From Gemmatales bacterium (GTDB lineage Bacteria > Planctomycetota > Planctomycetia > Gemmatales > HRBIN36), in the NCBI GenBank assembly GCA_041640595.1, contig JBEPZY010000001.1, positions 480,001-544,000 of the forward strand: a stretch of DNA of 64,000 nt. The letters run 5' to 3'. A program made the position numbers and the translations under genes. A model generated the notes under the pieces. The model was not told where the DNA came from and made no database searches. It saw nothing but the letters and a program-made list of their open reading frames with translations. This document shows, piece after piece, positions 38,503 through 49,510 of this stretch (position 1 is the first letter of the stretch; every line of letters begins with the position of its first letter).

Positions 38503-39402
38503 ATGGAGATTACAGTTCTGGGAACCGCCAACGCCTGGGGAGCGAATCCGTTTGAGCTGAACTGGCGTATCTCGCCGCTGATTGGCACGCTCGATAGTGC
38601 CCGAAGGGTTCGCTTTCGCAGGTATTGCACGTCCCTGCTGGTGAGTAGTTCAGGTGTGCCCGGAGTGCTCGTGGATTGTGGCCCGGACTTTGCCCGGCAA
38701 ATGTGGGAGTTTCGCATTCAGCAACTCTCCGCCGTGGTGTTGACCCATAGCCATTGGGACCACATTGGCGGGCTTGATTATCTGCACCATTTTCGCAGTG
38801 CTCCGAACGTAGCGAATCGTAAACCACGCATTCCTGTTTACGCAACCGAAGAGTGTTGGGCCGACGTTCTGCATGGCCGGAGTTTTCAATATCTGGTGGA
38901 TAACGGGATTATTGAACCCCGCCCGCTGACGCCGTTGCAACCAATTTGTCTCGGCTCATTGATCATCACGCCGTTTCCGGTGGAGCACGGCCCGACCGCG
39001 CCGGGAGCGGTTGGATTCGTGTTTGAAGAAGAGGGGGCTGAGCAACCGGTGCGCGTGCTTTACAGTGGCGATTTTTGTCGCTTGCCGTCGCCCACACCGG
39101 ATTTCTTTCGCCGGTGTTTCGATCTGGTCATCCTCGAATGCAACCAGTGGCAGCCGCGCGACAATGGCCACACCTCTTTTCAGGAAATCTTGCAGATGCT
39201 GAAAACCGGCCCGCTGAGCTCGCCGTTGCCGACACAACTCACGTTGATTCATTTCGGCGACCACGGCCCAAAAGGCACCGCCAGCAGCTACCAGGATTGG
39301 CGCGAATCCGCATTAGGCGAACTCAAAGCGCACGGGCTGGAACGGGTTGTGCCTGACCCCGATGCTCTGATAGCTTACGAAGGGCTGCGTCTGCGGATCT
39401 GA
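38503..39402 (+). CDS. MBL-fold metallohydrolase (PhnP/YycJ-like)
   Basis: VDCGPDF, THSHWDHIGG, VEHG, YSGD and LIHFG. Confidence 0.88.
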   Translation: MEITVLGTANAWGANPFELNWRISPLIGTLDSARRVRFRRYCTSLLVSSSGVPGVLVDCGPDFARQMWEFRIQQLSAVVLTHSHWDHIGGLDYLHHFRSAPNVANRKPRIPVYATEECWADVLHGRSFQYLVDNGIIEPRPLTPLQPICLGSLIITPFPVEHGPTAPGAVGFVFEEEGAEQPVRVLYSGDFCRLPSPTPDFFRRCFDLVILECNQWQPRDNGHTSFQEILQMLKTGPLSSPLPTQLTLIHFGDHGPKGTASSYQDWRESALGELKAHGLERVVPDPDALIAYEGLRLRI

Positions 39403-39556
39403 TTGCGAGGGTAACAAACACAGGCCGCCATCGGTACCGCGGCATCAGCAAGCACCTCGCGCCTAAGCAAAACCTTTGCCCTGACTGTAACATTCGACCA
39501 ATAAGCTAGCCGCACTGTCGGCAAAGGCGTTACCATATTGACAGCCACTGTGCAGC

Positions 39557-39668
39557 CCGGAATGCTAGCTGCTGGGAAAACCGTTGCCGGGATTGCGGTC
39601 GCAGCGTCTGAGTGGGTTTGCAGTTTTGCGCCGGGACGCTAGCCGCTGTCAATACCGTCGCCGGGATT
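39557..39668. repeat. Degenerate 38-nt direct repeat, two copies 74 nt apart
   Basis: ccggaatgctagctgctgggaaaaccgttgccgggatt (39557-39594) vs ccgggacgctagccgctgtcaataccgtcgccgggatt (39631-39668); 31/38 identical by hand alignment. Confidence 0.55.
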
Positions 39669-39677
39669 TGCAACCAG

Positions 39678-41186
39678 TCATGCCAAGCCAAGCAGCCGAC
39701 GCATGTTCCGTTTGTATGCTTCCACTCCGGGTTGCCCGTAGGGATTGATACCCAGTAACCGACCTTCCAACACGGTGGCTAGCATCAGCATTTGCATGAG
39801 CTGGCCCAGCCAGTACTCGTCCAGGCGGGGTAGAACGAGATCAGTCGTGGGGCGAGCGTCATCGGCATAAGCGCGGTTAGTTCCCTGCCAGGCAGCACGG
39901 ATAAGGTCTGGGAAGCTTTTCTCGGCCAGTGGTTCCAGGCCATCGGCATTGTCGTGCAGATGACCCAAACGGAGCGGAAGCTGTTGCGGTTGCTCGACGA
40001 AGATGTTGTGAATGATGCGGTCGCGACTGCCTTCCTGGTGTTGCTGACCGCGAGAGTGTAAGTCGCGGGTCTGCACTGCCGTAATGGGGGTCGGCCCGGT
40101 CTCGTTCTTGCCCAGGCTTTCTGACACCAGCTGGTCGTACCACAGTCCGAGGGCTTCCAGTTTTTTTGCCCAAACGGACAGAATGCGAATGGGCTTCTGG
40201 AGATGGGCAAAATAGAGGTAGTTGATAGCGGCATATTGCAGAGGGATATTGCTGCTGAACGGTTGCTCTAAGAATTGCCGAGTCATGTCGGCAGCACCCT
40301 GCAGCAAGCGGTGAATGTCCAATCCGAGAATAGACGCAGGGACTAACCCGGCTGCAGTAAATACGGAGAACCGGCCACCGATGTCCTGCGGCATGGGAAA
40401 GACACTGCGTTCCGGCACGCCTAAACGCCGACCCAGTTCGTACAGGCGACTGCTAGCGTCGCAAGTGGTCACCAGCACAACCAGCGAAGATGGCCAGTCG
40501 TGTCCATGCCATTGACGCAGAATCGGCCACAACACCCGGAAGGCAGCAGCAGTTTCCAGCGTCGTTCCCGATTTGCTTACCACGACCAGGGCGGTGCGTT
40601 CTTCCCGACTGTGTGCGACACCGTCGCCAGGCCGCAGCAGATGGATCAACTCGGTCAGCGTGTCGTTGTCCAGGCCGTTTCCTTCAAAGTAATACCGAGG
40701 TCTGCCATTTCGAGAGGCCGGGGACAATTCGTTGTGATAGCTGGGCAGCAGCGCTTCCGCGAGCGTTCGGGCACCCAGATACGAACCTCCGATGCCCAGG
40801 ATCACCACACGATCCGCCAATTCACGCAGCCGTTGCCCCTCCGCAGATATGCGCGCCAGCAGGCTGGCCGATTCCCGGTTGGCTTGTTCGAGCAAAGTCG
40901 CTGGCAAGGTGATGAATCCGTGTTCAACCGGCTGAGGTGCACGGGCACGCTCTTGCGGCGACTCCAGCTCACGCTGTAGCTGCTCACGCAGTTGCAACAA
41001 ACGCGGCTCCAGTTCTTCGAGCTGACGCCGGGAGAGCAGGTGTGCGCTTTTCCTTGCCAAAGTGGGCGAGGCAGCAATAGTTTCTATTGCGTCATGAACC
41101 GCATTGTGGAAATCAAACCGCAAAGTTGCCTCGACTTGCTGGTCGGATTGTCTGCCTCCCGCTGTCTGTGAAGATTCACTTGCCAT
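39678..41186 (-). CDS. pgi: Glucose-6-phosphate isomerase
   Basis: GIGGSYLG, SKSGTTLET, IGGRFSV, QLVSESLGK, DLHSRGQ and NPYGQPGVEAYK. Confidence 0.93.
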   Translation of the reverse strand: MASESSQTAGGRQSDQQVEATLRFDFHNAVHDAIETIAASPTLARKSAHLLSRRQLEELEPRLLQLREQLQRELESPQERARAPQPVEHGFITLPATLLEQANRESASLLARISAEGQRLRELADRVVILGIGGSYLGARTLAEALLPSYHNELSPASRNGRPRYYFEGNGLDNDTLTELIHLLRPGDGVAHSREERTALVVVSKSGTTLETAAAFRVLWPILRQWHGHDWPSSLVVLVTTCDASSRLYELGRRLGVPERSVFPMPQDIGGRFSVFTAAGLVPASILGLDIHRLLQGAADMTRQFLEQPFSSNIPLQYAAINYLYFAHLQKPIRILSVWAKKLEALGLWYDQLVSESLGKNETGPTPITAVQTRDLHSRGQQHQEGSRDRIIHNIFVEQPQQLPLRLGHLHDNADGLEPLAEKSFPDLIRAAWQGTNRAYADDARPTTDLVLPRLDEYWLGQLMQMLMLATVLEGRLLGINPYGQPGVEAYKRNMRRLLGLA

Positions 41187-41289
41187 GGTATTTCCCTTCA
41201 AGTTGCTGCCGCAGTTGTGCGGTTAGTCAAATCATTCCACGGCTCATAAAGTTATGTCAGTGTAGCTGAGAGCGTCAACGGAGACAGAG

Positions 41290-42492
41290 ATGACACAGCT
41301 GGAACTGGTGAAATCCCTGCTGGAGCCGAACGACACGAAGATCGTCCTTCTGGTGGCCGATGGCTTAGGCGGCTTGCCCATGCAACCCGGTGGCCGAACG
41401 GAACTGGAGACGGCCAACACGCCCAATCTTGATCAGGCAGCACGGGAAGGTGTATGTGGCCTGAGCATTCCTGTCCTTCCGGGAATAGCTCCGGGAAGTG
41501 GGCCAGGGCACCTGGCGTTATTCGGTTACGATCCGCTGGAGTATCAGATCGGTCGTGGTATTCTGGAAGCGCTGGGTATCGGATTCCCGGTAGGCCCGCA
41601 GGATGTAGCTGCACGGGGCAACTTCTGCACCGTAGATGCACAGGGGCGTATCACAGACCGTCGCGCAGGCCGACCCAGTACGGAACGCTGTGCGGCCATG
41701 GTGAACAAACTGCGCCAGATTCGCATTCCGGGCGTGGAAATTTTTGTTGAGCCCGTGCGGGAACATCGGTTCGTACTGGTCCTGCGTGGCGAAGGGCTGG
41801 GAGATGAAGTGAACGACACCGATCCCCAGCAGGAAGGCGTCCCACCTTTAGCTGCGGAGGGTCGGCCCGGTTCTGAACGTACTGCCGACATCGTCAATCA
41901 ATTCGTGGCTCGTGCCGCTGAAATTCTTCGCGACGAAGCACCCACCAACATGATCACCCTGCGCGGATTTTCACGCTATCCTCGCATTGCCACCATGCAG
42001 GAGGTTTACGGACTCAAACCGGTAGCGCTGGCTGTTTACCCGATGTACAAGGGTCTGGCTCGACTGGTGGGCATGGATGTGGTGGACGGCTTGAAGAACC
42101 TGGATGAACAACTTGCCGCCCTGGAACAAGCCTGGCCGCGATACGACTTCTTTTTCCTGCACTACAAATACACCGACAGCACCGGGGAAGACGGTAACTT
42201 TGCGGCCAAGGTCAAGGCGATCGAAACGTTAGACGCTGCGGTGCCGCGAATCCGCGCCTTGAAACCCGATGTGTTCATTGTCACAGGCGATCACAGCACA
42301 CCGAGCAAATTGCGCAGCCACAGCTGGCACCCAGTGCCCACGCTGCTGGTGGCCGATACTTGCCGACCGGATCACGTCAACTCCTTCGGTGAATCGGCAT
42401 GTTTGCAGGGAGGCCTCGGACTGTTCCAGGCCAAACATCTGATGTTGCTGGCGCTGGCTCACGCCCGGCGACTAACCAAGTTCGGAGCCTGA
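41290..42492 (+). CDS. apgM: 2,3-bisphosphoglycerate-independent phosphoglycerate mutase (ApgM type)
   Basis: DGLGG, TELETANTPNLD, PGSGPGHLALFGYDP, DRRAGR and TGDHSTP. Confidence 0.93.
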   Translation: MTQLELVKSLLEPNDTKIVLLVADGLGGLPMQPGGRTELETANTPNLDQAAREGVCGLSIPVLPGIAPGSGPGHLALFGYDPLEYQIGRGILEALGIGFPVGPQDVAARGNFCTVDAQGRITDRRAGRPSTERCAAMVNKLRQIRIPGVEIFVEPVREHRFVLVLRGEGLGDEVNDTDPQQEGVPPLAAEGRPGSERTADIVNQFVARAAEILRDEAPTNMITLRGFSRYPRIATMQEVYGLKPVALAVYPMYKGLARLVGMDVVDGLKNLDEQLAALEQAWPRYDFFFLHYKYTDSTGEDGNFAAKVKAIETLDAAVPRIRALKPDVFIVTGDHSTPSKLRSHSWHPVPTLLVADTCRPDHVNSFGESACLQGGLGLFQAKHLMLLALAHARRLTKFGA

Positions 42493-42592
42493 AGTGAGTT
42501 TTGCCTCCGCTCAACTTCTGCAATAACGACCTGAGGCAAGATCGGCATAGCTCGCTCAGAGGCTCAACCAGACAACATAGCTTGTGCAAACC

Positions 42593-43543
42593 ATGGCCAG
42601 GCAAGGTGGGCTACGGGAATTATCGCTTCTCCAGCGTCGGGCACGGCGGCAGTTGCGAAGCTGGCTGGAAAATCAGACCGTAGTGCTCATGGATGGCGCC
42701 ATGGGCACGGAATTGCTACGGCGTTACCGTTCGCTCAACACGGACTCGCTGGCGACGGTTACTCTTTCTCATCCCAGCTGGGTTCGCTCGATACACCGCG
42801 GCTTCTTACGAAGCGGAGCGCAATGTCTGCTGACCAACACGTTTCTTGCCTGGCCTCGGGAAGCCAATTCGGGAAACCGGACATATTTTTGCAAGCTCAA
42901 CCGCCTTGCAGTTCAACTGGCCCGCGAGTCTGCAGCGGAAGTTTCCCGACCGGTGCCGATCGTCGCTTCCATCGGCCCGTGGCCAAACCATTCAGCGACC
43001 AGCGTCCAGCAATGCCTGGCACAGATCTACGCTGTCGGCGACGCTGATGCGGTGCTGCTGGAAACGCAAAGCTCTCTGGTATTCATCGAGCGGTTGCTCG
43101 CGCAATTGCCTTCCACCTGGCCGATTCCGATCCTGGTGTCATTTACGTTTCTGCATCGGGGCAAACGCTATCTCACTTTGTCGCGGCAACACACCCCTGC
43201 CCAGATCGCGGACTGGGCAGAGCGACGCCGGTCCCGCATCGCTGTCCTGGGGGTCAATTGCGGGTGCGGACTGACGCTCGGCGATATTACGAAGATCGTG
43301 CGTCTATACCGGCGGGAGACGGGCCTACCCATTCTGGTTCGACCCAATGCCGGTACGCCAAGACGACAGGGCAAACGGCATGTTTATCCGTTTACTCCGG
43401 AGGATTTCGCAGCGGCAGTTCCGGATTGGTTGGAAGCAGGAGCAACGTGGTTGGGCGGCTGTTGTGGAAGCACGCCCCGCCATATCGCGGCCATGCGTCG
43501 CGCTTTACGCAAGCACTTACAGACGACCTCACCGTTGCAATAA
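42593..43543 (+). CDS. Homocysteine S-methyltransferase family protein (stand-alone)
   Basis: DGAMGTEL, TNTF, ASIGP, GVNC, PNAG and GGCCG motifs; start uncertain. Confidence 0.88.
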   Translation: MARQGGLRELSLLQRRARRQLRSWLENQTVVLMDGAMGTELLRRYRSLNTDSLATVTLSHPSWVRSIHRGFLRSGAQCLLTNTFLAWPREANSGNRTYFCKLNRLAVQLARESAAEVSRPVPIVASIGPWPNHSATSVQQCLAQIYAVGDADAVLLETQSSLVFIERLLAQLPSTWPIPILVSFTFLHRGKRYLTLSRQHTPAQIADWAERRRSRIAVLGVNCGCGLTLGDITKIVRLYRRETGLPILVRPNAGTPRRQGKRHVYPFTPEDFAAAVPDWLEAGATWLGGCCGSTPRHIAAMRRALRKHLQTTSPLQ

Positions 43544-45613
43544 CTCGCCCAGCAAACCGCGGGCATCGTAAACTTTGTCCAGTGCCTCCACGATGGCCGA
43601 GGAATGCACAGCGATAGCGCGGGCCTGGTCATCGGTGTACGCAATGTCCCAGATCAGTGAATGCAGGTTACCGTCGAAAATCACACCCACCAAATCGCCC
43701 TGACGGTTGACGACCGGGCTACCCGAGTTGCCGCCGATGATGTCATTAGTGCATACGAAATTGAACGGCGTATCCTGCTGTAGCCGATCCTTGCGCTCAT
43801 GCCATCGGCGTGGCAAATGGAAAGGTGGTCGCGCCTGGTGTGTTTCCTCGTGCATGAAGGCACCGCCCAGGGTTGTGCACCAGGGGATCGCCTGACCCGC
43901 TTCCGTGTAGCCTTTGACTGTGCCAATCGAGAGCCTGAGCGTAAACGTCGCGTCTGGATAAACGCTGGAACCGTAGGCAGCAAAACGGGCTTGCGAAATC
44001 ACCGCGTAGGCTTGCCGTAACGGTTCTTCGACCTGCTCCTCCCATTGCTTGCGAATTTGGCGAGCATAGGGATCAACGGCACGTGCCAGGCGGATCATCG
44101 GATCGTCGGATTGCTCAATGGCTTTGCGACCGCCGGCCTGCAATTGCTTGCGAAACGCCACGTCTTTGCACCTGGTATGGCGCACCAATTCTTCGGCTCG
44201 TCGCCGCGGCGATTGCCCCTGCAAAGCCAGTCGTACCATCTCGTGTTCCGCACCGAGCCATTCCACGAGCATCGAAAGCGAATCGCTGAGCTTGAGCGTC
44301 TCCAGATCGTCGTAAATGGGCGCGGGGGAGAAGAGCTGTTGCAGCAATGAAGGCAAGCCTGCCTCGCCATACTCGCGGAGGCGTTCGGCATTGGGTTTTT
44401 CGCTTTCCTCAGCCAGACGCACCAACGTTCGGGCAATGTGGAACAGCTCCGAGTTGAAAGCCACGCCGCGCTCGAAAAGGTAATAATCCCGATACAGTTC
44501 TCTGGACTTTTGCATCACCTGAGAAATCTGGCGGCGAACTTGCTGGTAAGCTTCTGCTTGTTGTGTCAGTCCGCGCTGGCGGAGTTGGGTCAGTACCGCT
44601 TCTTCCTGAGCCAGTTTTTCTTTGAGGATTTGCGGGTCTTGCAACCCGGCGAGAATCCCCAGGCGTGCCTTGCGACTGTTCTGGTAAACGAATAGTTCAT
44701 CCTCAGCGCGGCGGAGGTTTTCCAGGCTGCGGTCACTGTAGGCCTTCAGAATCACCTCGCGGCGAAAAATCACCTGCAATGCCAGCGGAAATTGCAGGTC
44801 CCGGAGAAACTCCAGGTGCGAAACTGTGTTGAGCCGATCGGTTCGGCCTGGATGACCGGAAACAAAAACAAGATCGCCCTCTCTGCATCCGCGCGGTTCA
44901 ATGCGCAGGAAATGAGGTGGTTTGGCCGGTTGTCCGTTTTCGTACACGCGGAACAGGCAGATGTCCAGGCAGTAGCGGGGATATTCAAAGTTATCCGGGT
45001 CGCCACCGAAAAAGGCGATGTCTTTTTCAGGGGCGAACACCAGCCGGACATCGGTGTAACGCTTGTAGTAGTAAAGGTGATACTCCGCGCCCTGGTACAG
45101 GGTTACCACGTCGCAACGCAGCCCTGTCCGCTGGTGCGCTTCCTGTTCGATTTGGAGGATGGCCTTGCGGCGAGCGGCGTTGGCTTCCTCGGGTTTCATC
45201 CCCGGCCGAACGGCTTGTTGCACTCGCTCAGTCACGTCCTCGATACGCATAAGCACGTTCAGTTCCAGGTCCGGGCAACGCAACTCTTGTTCCCGGTTAC
45301 GGGCATAATAGCCCTGGCTAAGCAAATCCCGTTCCGGGGTGCTGAGTTTCTGCAGCTGGTCGGAACCAACGTGGTGGTTCGTGAGCACCAGACCGGTGGG
45401 CGAGACGAAAGAGCCCGAGCCCCCCGTGTTGAAGCGCACCGATGCTTGCTGCAAGCGCTGCAGCCAGGCCTGCTCGATCGAGAAGCCGTAGCGCTTTTGT
45501 AACAACTCCCGCGGCGGCCTGTTGAACAGCCATAATCCTTCTTCAGCCACTCCGCTCAGGGTTGCCAAAAGAGTTGCCACCATCGCCGACATAACCCAGT
45601 GCGTCCGTCGCAT
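43529..45613 (-). CDS. S46 family dipeptidyl-peptidase
   Basis: EGLW, GSFVSPTGLVLTNHH, FFGGDPDNFEYPR, YPDATFTLR and DIIGGNSGSP; AAGGAG RBS. Confidence 0.93.
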   Translation of the reverse strand: MRRTHWVMSAMVATLLATLSGVAEEGLWLFNRPPRELLQKRYGFSIEQAWLQRLQQASVRFNTGGSGSFVSPTGLVLTNHHVGSDQLQKLSTPERDLLSQGYYARNREQELRCPDLELNVLMRIEDVTERVQQAVRPGMKPEEANAARRKAILQIEQEAHQRTGLRCDVVTLYQGAEYHLYYYKRYTDVRLVFAPEKDIAFFGGDPDNFEYPRYCLDICLFRVYENGQPAKPPHFLRIEPRGCREGDLVFVSGHPGRTDRLNTVSHLEFLRDLQFPLALQVIFRREVILKAYSDRSLENLRRAEDELFVYQNSRKARLGILAGLQDPQILKEKLAQEEAVLTQLRQRGLTQQAEAYQQVRRQISQVMQKSRELYRDYYLFERGVAFNSELFHIARTLVRLAEESEKPNAERLREYGEAGLPSLLQQLFSPAPIYDDLETLKLSDSLSMLVEWLGAEHEMVRLALQGQSPRRRAEELVRHTRCKDVAFRKQLQAGGRKAIEQSDDPMIRLARAVDPYARQIRKQWEEQVEEPLRQAYAVISQARFAAYGSSVYPDATFTLRLSIGTVKGYTEAGQAIPWCTTLGGAFMHEETHQARPPFHLPRRWHERKDRLQQDTPFNFVCTNDIIGGNSGSPVVNRQGDLVGVIFDGNLHSLIWDIAYTDDQARAIAVHSSAIVEALDKVYDARGLLGELLQR

Positions 45614-46042
45614 CGTTGGCCTCCTTGATTGTTGAGAGCTGCGCTTCGACCACATTTCTTCGATGACACCGCTTCACCGGTCTTGGTATCGTTGGGGCAC
45701 GGTACAGCAGGCGCTGCCGAAAGATGCCACCAGGCCCATGCTGCTGGCTCCCATTATGGTGATTTGTCCATTTTTGTCCGCTGGCAAGCCTTATTCGGGT
45801 CGCCAAAATTCACTAAGCCAGACCGGTTCACGAGGAGAAATCCTATGGCATTTCTGGACGAAACAGTAGAATGCTTGCCAGATTTTCGCCAGCCGCAGCG
45901 GTAACTCGCCGACCGATTTCAAAGGTCCCGACAGGTGCTAACAATCAGGCGAGGGTTTCCGCTGGCACGCGGTAACTGGCCGAAAGCTTGCCGAGCCGAA
46001 AATAACAACAGCATGCAGCGCCTTCAGGACAAGGAGTCGAGC

Positions 46043-47440
46043 ATGGAATTGCAACCAGCCCTGAACTTCCTGGAATCGGAACAATCCCGTTTCATTCGTG
46101 ATCTGGCCGAACTGGTGGCTGTTCCCAGCATCAGCACGGATGGCATGCACGCCCTGGATATCGAACGGTGTGCGGAAAAAGTTGCCGAGCAAATGCGCCG
46201 TGCCGGGCTGGAAAATGTCGAAATTCTGCGTCGGGCCGATGCGTATCCCTATGTTTACGGCGACTGGTTGCACGCTCCGGGCAAACCCACCGTGCTGCTT
46301 TATTCACACTACGACGTTCAGCCGGTCAATTATGTCGAGCAATGGCAGAGCGATCCCTGGCAGCTGACGGAACGCAATGGCAGGCTGTATGGTCGCGGTG
46401 CCTGCGACGATAAAGGTGCCATTACGGTGCAGCTGGCTTCCCTGGAGGCGTGGCTGAAAACTCTCGGACGACTGCCGCTCAATGTCAAAATGCTGGTGGA
46501 AGGCGAAGAAGAAGTCGGTTCGCGCAATTTGCTCGCCTTTCTGCGTGAGCAGCAACAGCGTTTACATGCCGACGTTCTGGTGGTTACCGACACCGAAAAC
46601 CTCAACGATCGCCAGCCATGTATCACGACCTCGTTGCGGGGCATCATCACGCTGAAGGTAGAAGTGCACGCTTTGAAACGACCCGTCCATTCCGGGTTGG
46701 CGGGTGGCTTGGTACCCGACCCTGCACTGGCGCTCAATAGCATTCTGGCACGACTTTGCTGGGCCGGCAAACGGCGTATCCAGGTTCCCGGCTTTTACGA
46801 AGGCGTCAAACGCATGACCGGCAAAGAGCGCAAGGCTTTACGTTCTCTGCCTGCCTCACCTCGACAGTTGCGCGAAGATTATGCGCTACTGGAAGGCGTG
46901 AAATTTGCCTCGCTTCCTGGGGTACATCCTTATGAGCAGACTTGGCGCTGGCCAGCCATTACGGTCATCGCTCAGGAAGCGAGTTCTCTCAAACAGGCGA
47001 GTAATCAGGTTCTGCCTTACGCGACCGCACTGGTTAGCATTCGAATCGTGCCTGAGCAGGAACCGAAGAAGGTCATTCGCGCGGTGACCAAGGCCCTGGT
47101 CTCCAAAGCGCCGTGGAATGTTCAGGTGCGAGTCACGCCGGTCGGAGAAGCCGTAAAATGGTGGTACATTCAGCCCAAAGGCCCGACTTTTGATGCCGCC
47201 ATACGAGCCCTTCAGGCCGGATTCGGTGCCAAGCCATTGCCCATCGGCTGCGGTGGGAGCATCGGTTTCGTCGGCCCGCTTTGCGACATGTTCGGCGGCA
47301 TTCCCGCTTTGCTGCTCGGTATTGGCGACCCACAATCTGCCGCGCATTCTCCCAACGAAAGTCTCAGCCTCAACATTTTCAACAAACTTGCCCGCTCTCT
47401 GGTGCATCTTTATGCGGAGCTTGCCGAGAACATGCAGTGA
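46043..47440 (+). CDS. M20 family dipeptidase
   Basis: YSHYDVQP, GRGACDDKG, EGEEEVGS, HSG, GGSIG and HSPNE; AAGGAG RBS. Confidence 0.92.
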   Translation: MELQPALNFLESEQSRFIRDLAELVAVPSISTDGMHALDIERCAEKVAEQMRRAGLENVEILRRADAYPYVYGDWLHAPGKPTVLLYSHYDVQPVNYVEQWQSDPWQLTERNGRLYGRGACDDKGAITVQLASLEAWLKTLGRLPLNVKMLVEGEEEVGSRNLLAFLREQQQRLHADVLVVTDTENLNDRQPCITTSLRGIITLKVEVHALKRPVHSGLAGGLVPDPALALNSILARLCWAGKRRIQVPGFYEGVKRMTGKERKALRSLPASPRQLREDYALLEGVKFASLPGVHPYEQTWRWPAITVIAQEASSLKQASNQVLPYATALVSIRIVPEQEPKKVIRAVTKALVSKAPWNVQVRVTPVGEAVKWWYIQPKGPTFDAAIRALQAGFGAKPLPIGCGGSIGFVGPLCDMFGGIPALLLGIGDPQSAAHSPNESLSLNIFNKLARSLVHLYAELAENMQ

Positions 47441-47509
47441 GTCCGGAGCATCTTAATCGTCCTTTTCTCGAGTGGACTTCCTGGCCAACTTGAGTGGAGG
47501 TTCTGCATC

Positions 47510-48211
47510 ATGGCGAACAGGCGATTGCTGGCCACGGGCTGCATTTTGATGACTGCCGTATGGTATGGGCTCGTTCCAAAGGGATATGGCCAGGAGAGAG
47601 GGCGTGCAACGCCCGAAGCGGCACTGCAAACTCTGAAAAAAGCTCTCGAATCTGCCGACTGGAAGACGGTGGCTGCGTGTCTGGCCCATCCAAAAGAAGC
47701 GAAGCCTCTGACCCCACCAGCACTGGTAGATGCTTGGCTTCGTGCGCAGTCGGCGAGCGCGGAACTGGAATCGGCGTTACGCGAATTAGCCGAGAAAACG
47801 GGAGCCGCTAACCCCACCGCTGCCTCGCAACATCCGTTTAGCGCCTATCTGACTCCGCCCGGGGACTATGCCCTGCACATCATCGAGGTGGAACCAGCCG
47901 GCAACTCTGGGCGTGTCCGTGCCCGCGTTAAATGCCAGCATCGAGGTCGAGGCGATGAAGAAACCGTGGCGGTGGTGCGCATTGGCTCCCAATGGTTCGT
48001 TACGCCACCGGCATCGCTGAGCCGGTTATTCACTCCGGCCGGCGACCCTGCTGCTGTGAATCGGCGGATCGAAGGGCTAAACAAACTGGCGGATGCGCTG
48101 TCGGAAACGGCCAAGCTGATTCGCGCCGGTCAACTTCGCGATCGCCAGACCGCTTTGGAGCACCTGCTGCGTATCTTTCACCGTGAACAACTGGCAGAGC
48201 TGCTCCGCTAG
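47510..48211 (+). CDS. Hypothetical exported protein
   Basis: 233-aa ORF with GGAGG RBS and signal-like N-terminus; TPEAAL pattern. Confidence 0.6.
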   Translation: MANRRLLATGCILMTAVWYGLVPKGYGQERGRATPEAALQTLKKALESADWKTVAACLAHPKEAKPLTPPALVDAWLRAQSASAELESALRELAEKTGAANPTAASQHPFSAYLTPPGDYALHIIEVEPAGNSGRVRARVKCQHRGRGDEETVAVVRIGSQWFVTPPASLSRLFTPAGDPAAVNRRIEGLNKLADALSETAKLIRAGQLRDRQTALEHLLRIFHREQLAELLR

Positions 48212-48361
48212 AACCGATTTGGCCAGTTCCAGACATTACCAGCCCGACACCATCTGGCTGACGTGCCGTGTTATGTCCCGTTGAAATCAGTCGCATCTTC
48301 TCTAATATCTATCGAGGCTCCTATCCGCCTGTGGACCTGCCCGCAACGGAGGATGTGCACC

Positions 48362-49510
48362 ATGGGACGACACGCAACTTTTTGCCTGGCTGCACTGATA
48401 ACGCTAACCGCGCTGGGACTGGCTCAGGATAAGAGACCGCAAGAGCGACCTTGCATCTTCACGGTTCTACTGCCGGCTGATGCCCGGCTGGAAATTGAAG
48501 GGTACGTGGCCAGGTCGCGGGGAGAAATTCGCCTTTTCGAGTCACCACCTGTTCCAATCGGCAGGACTTACACCTACACCTTGCGGGCTATCCACGGCGG
48601 GATCGTGGTTACCCGTACCGTCGAGGTCAGTCCTGACAAACAGGTGGAAATTGACCTGCGACCGGACTTCGGCATTCGTGTTCCGGTTCAGCCTCCTGCA
48701 AAACCGGATAAAAAACCGGAAGAGCCGGAAAAAGTTACCAAACCACCACAGAAAGAAACCCCGCCAAAACCCACTACCGAAAAGCCAGCCCCAGTGGGTT
48801 CGTTTTCCGTTTCCGGATTTCGCGACGTCATTCTGACGGCTGGCGGCACGGTATCGCTAAGGATCACCGTGCAACGTGAGCATCTGGACTCCCTGATTAG
48901 CCTGGAGTTTAGCGGCTTGCCTAAAGGAATAACCGTCAGCCAGACAACGATACCCGCTGGTGCTAACCATCTGGATTTGATGATTCGCGCTGACTCGAGC
49001 ATCAACCCAGGGAAATACCTGATTACAGTTCATGCTCAAGCAGCCGGGGTTCAGCGAAGCAGTAAGTTCCACGTCCTGGTCGTCGAAGAAATAAAGGCTA
49101 AGCCAGCACTCCCGCCAGTCTCGAAACCGGAGCAAAAGGCTCCGCCGCCCACAAAAGCAGAACCGAATGCAAATCCAGTTCCCGTTGAGCAATCCACTAT
49201 CAAGCATCCATTCAGTTTCCTAACAGTGTCCGGACCGAAATCGGTAACTCTTTCTGCCGGCCAGACTGCGGTAATAACTCTGAAAGTAACACGTAACCAA
49301 GTCGGTGGTTTGGTACACTTGCGATGGCTCGACTTACCGAGTTATTTCAGCGCTCCTGCGATTACCTTGAAAGAGGGAGACGACAGCGCACCTGTTTCGC
49401 TCAGTGTTCCGGCCGATGCTGCACCGATATCGCGGGAATTTCGGTTGCAGATATCAACTGCCGGTGAAGCAGTCCGCCTAGAATTTCCCATCCGGATCGA
49501 GATCCGCTGA
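48362..49510 (+). CDS. TIGR03000-domain exported protein with two Ig-like repeats
   Basis: VLLPADARLEIEG...R.FESPP...YTYTLRA (planctomycete TIGR03000); P/K linkers; two beta-rich repeats. Confidence 0.75.
   Translation: MGRHATFCLAALITLTALGLAQDKRPQERPCIFTVLLPADARLEIEGYVARSRGEIRLFESPPVPIGRTYTYTLRAIHGGIVVTRTVEVSPDKQVEIDLRPDFGIRVPVQPPAKPDKKPEEPEKVTKPPQKETPPKPTTEKPAPVGSFSVSGFRDVILTAGGTVSLRITVQREHLDSLISLEFSGLPKGITVSQTTIPAGANHLDLMIRADSSINPGKYLITVHAQAAGVQRSSKFHVLVVEEIKAKPALPPVSKPEQKAPPPTKAEPNANPVPVEQSTIKHPFSFLTVSGPKSVTLSAGQTAVITLKVTRNQVGGLVHLRWLDLPSYFSAPAITLKEGDDSAPVSLSVPADAAPISREFRLQISTAGEAVRLEFPIRIEIR

Noticed and set aside
39557..39668. CRISPR array
   Set aside because: Only two degenerate copies, no periodic third copy, no cas genes
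42593..43543. Methionine synthase metH or a metH pseudogene
   Set aside because: Only the homocysteine-binding domain is present, intact with its own stop; no pterin or cobalamin domain remnants adjacent
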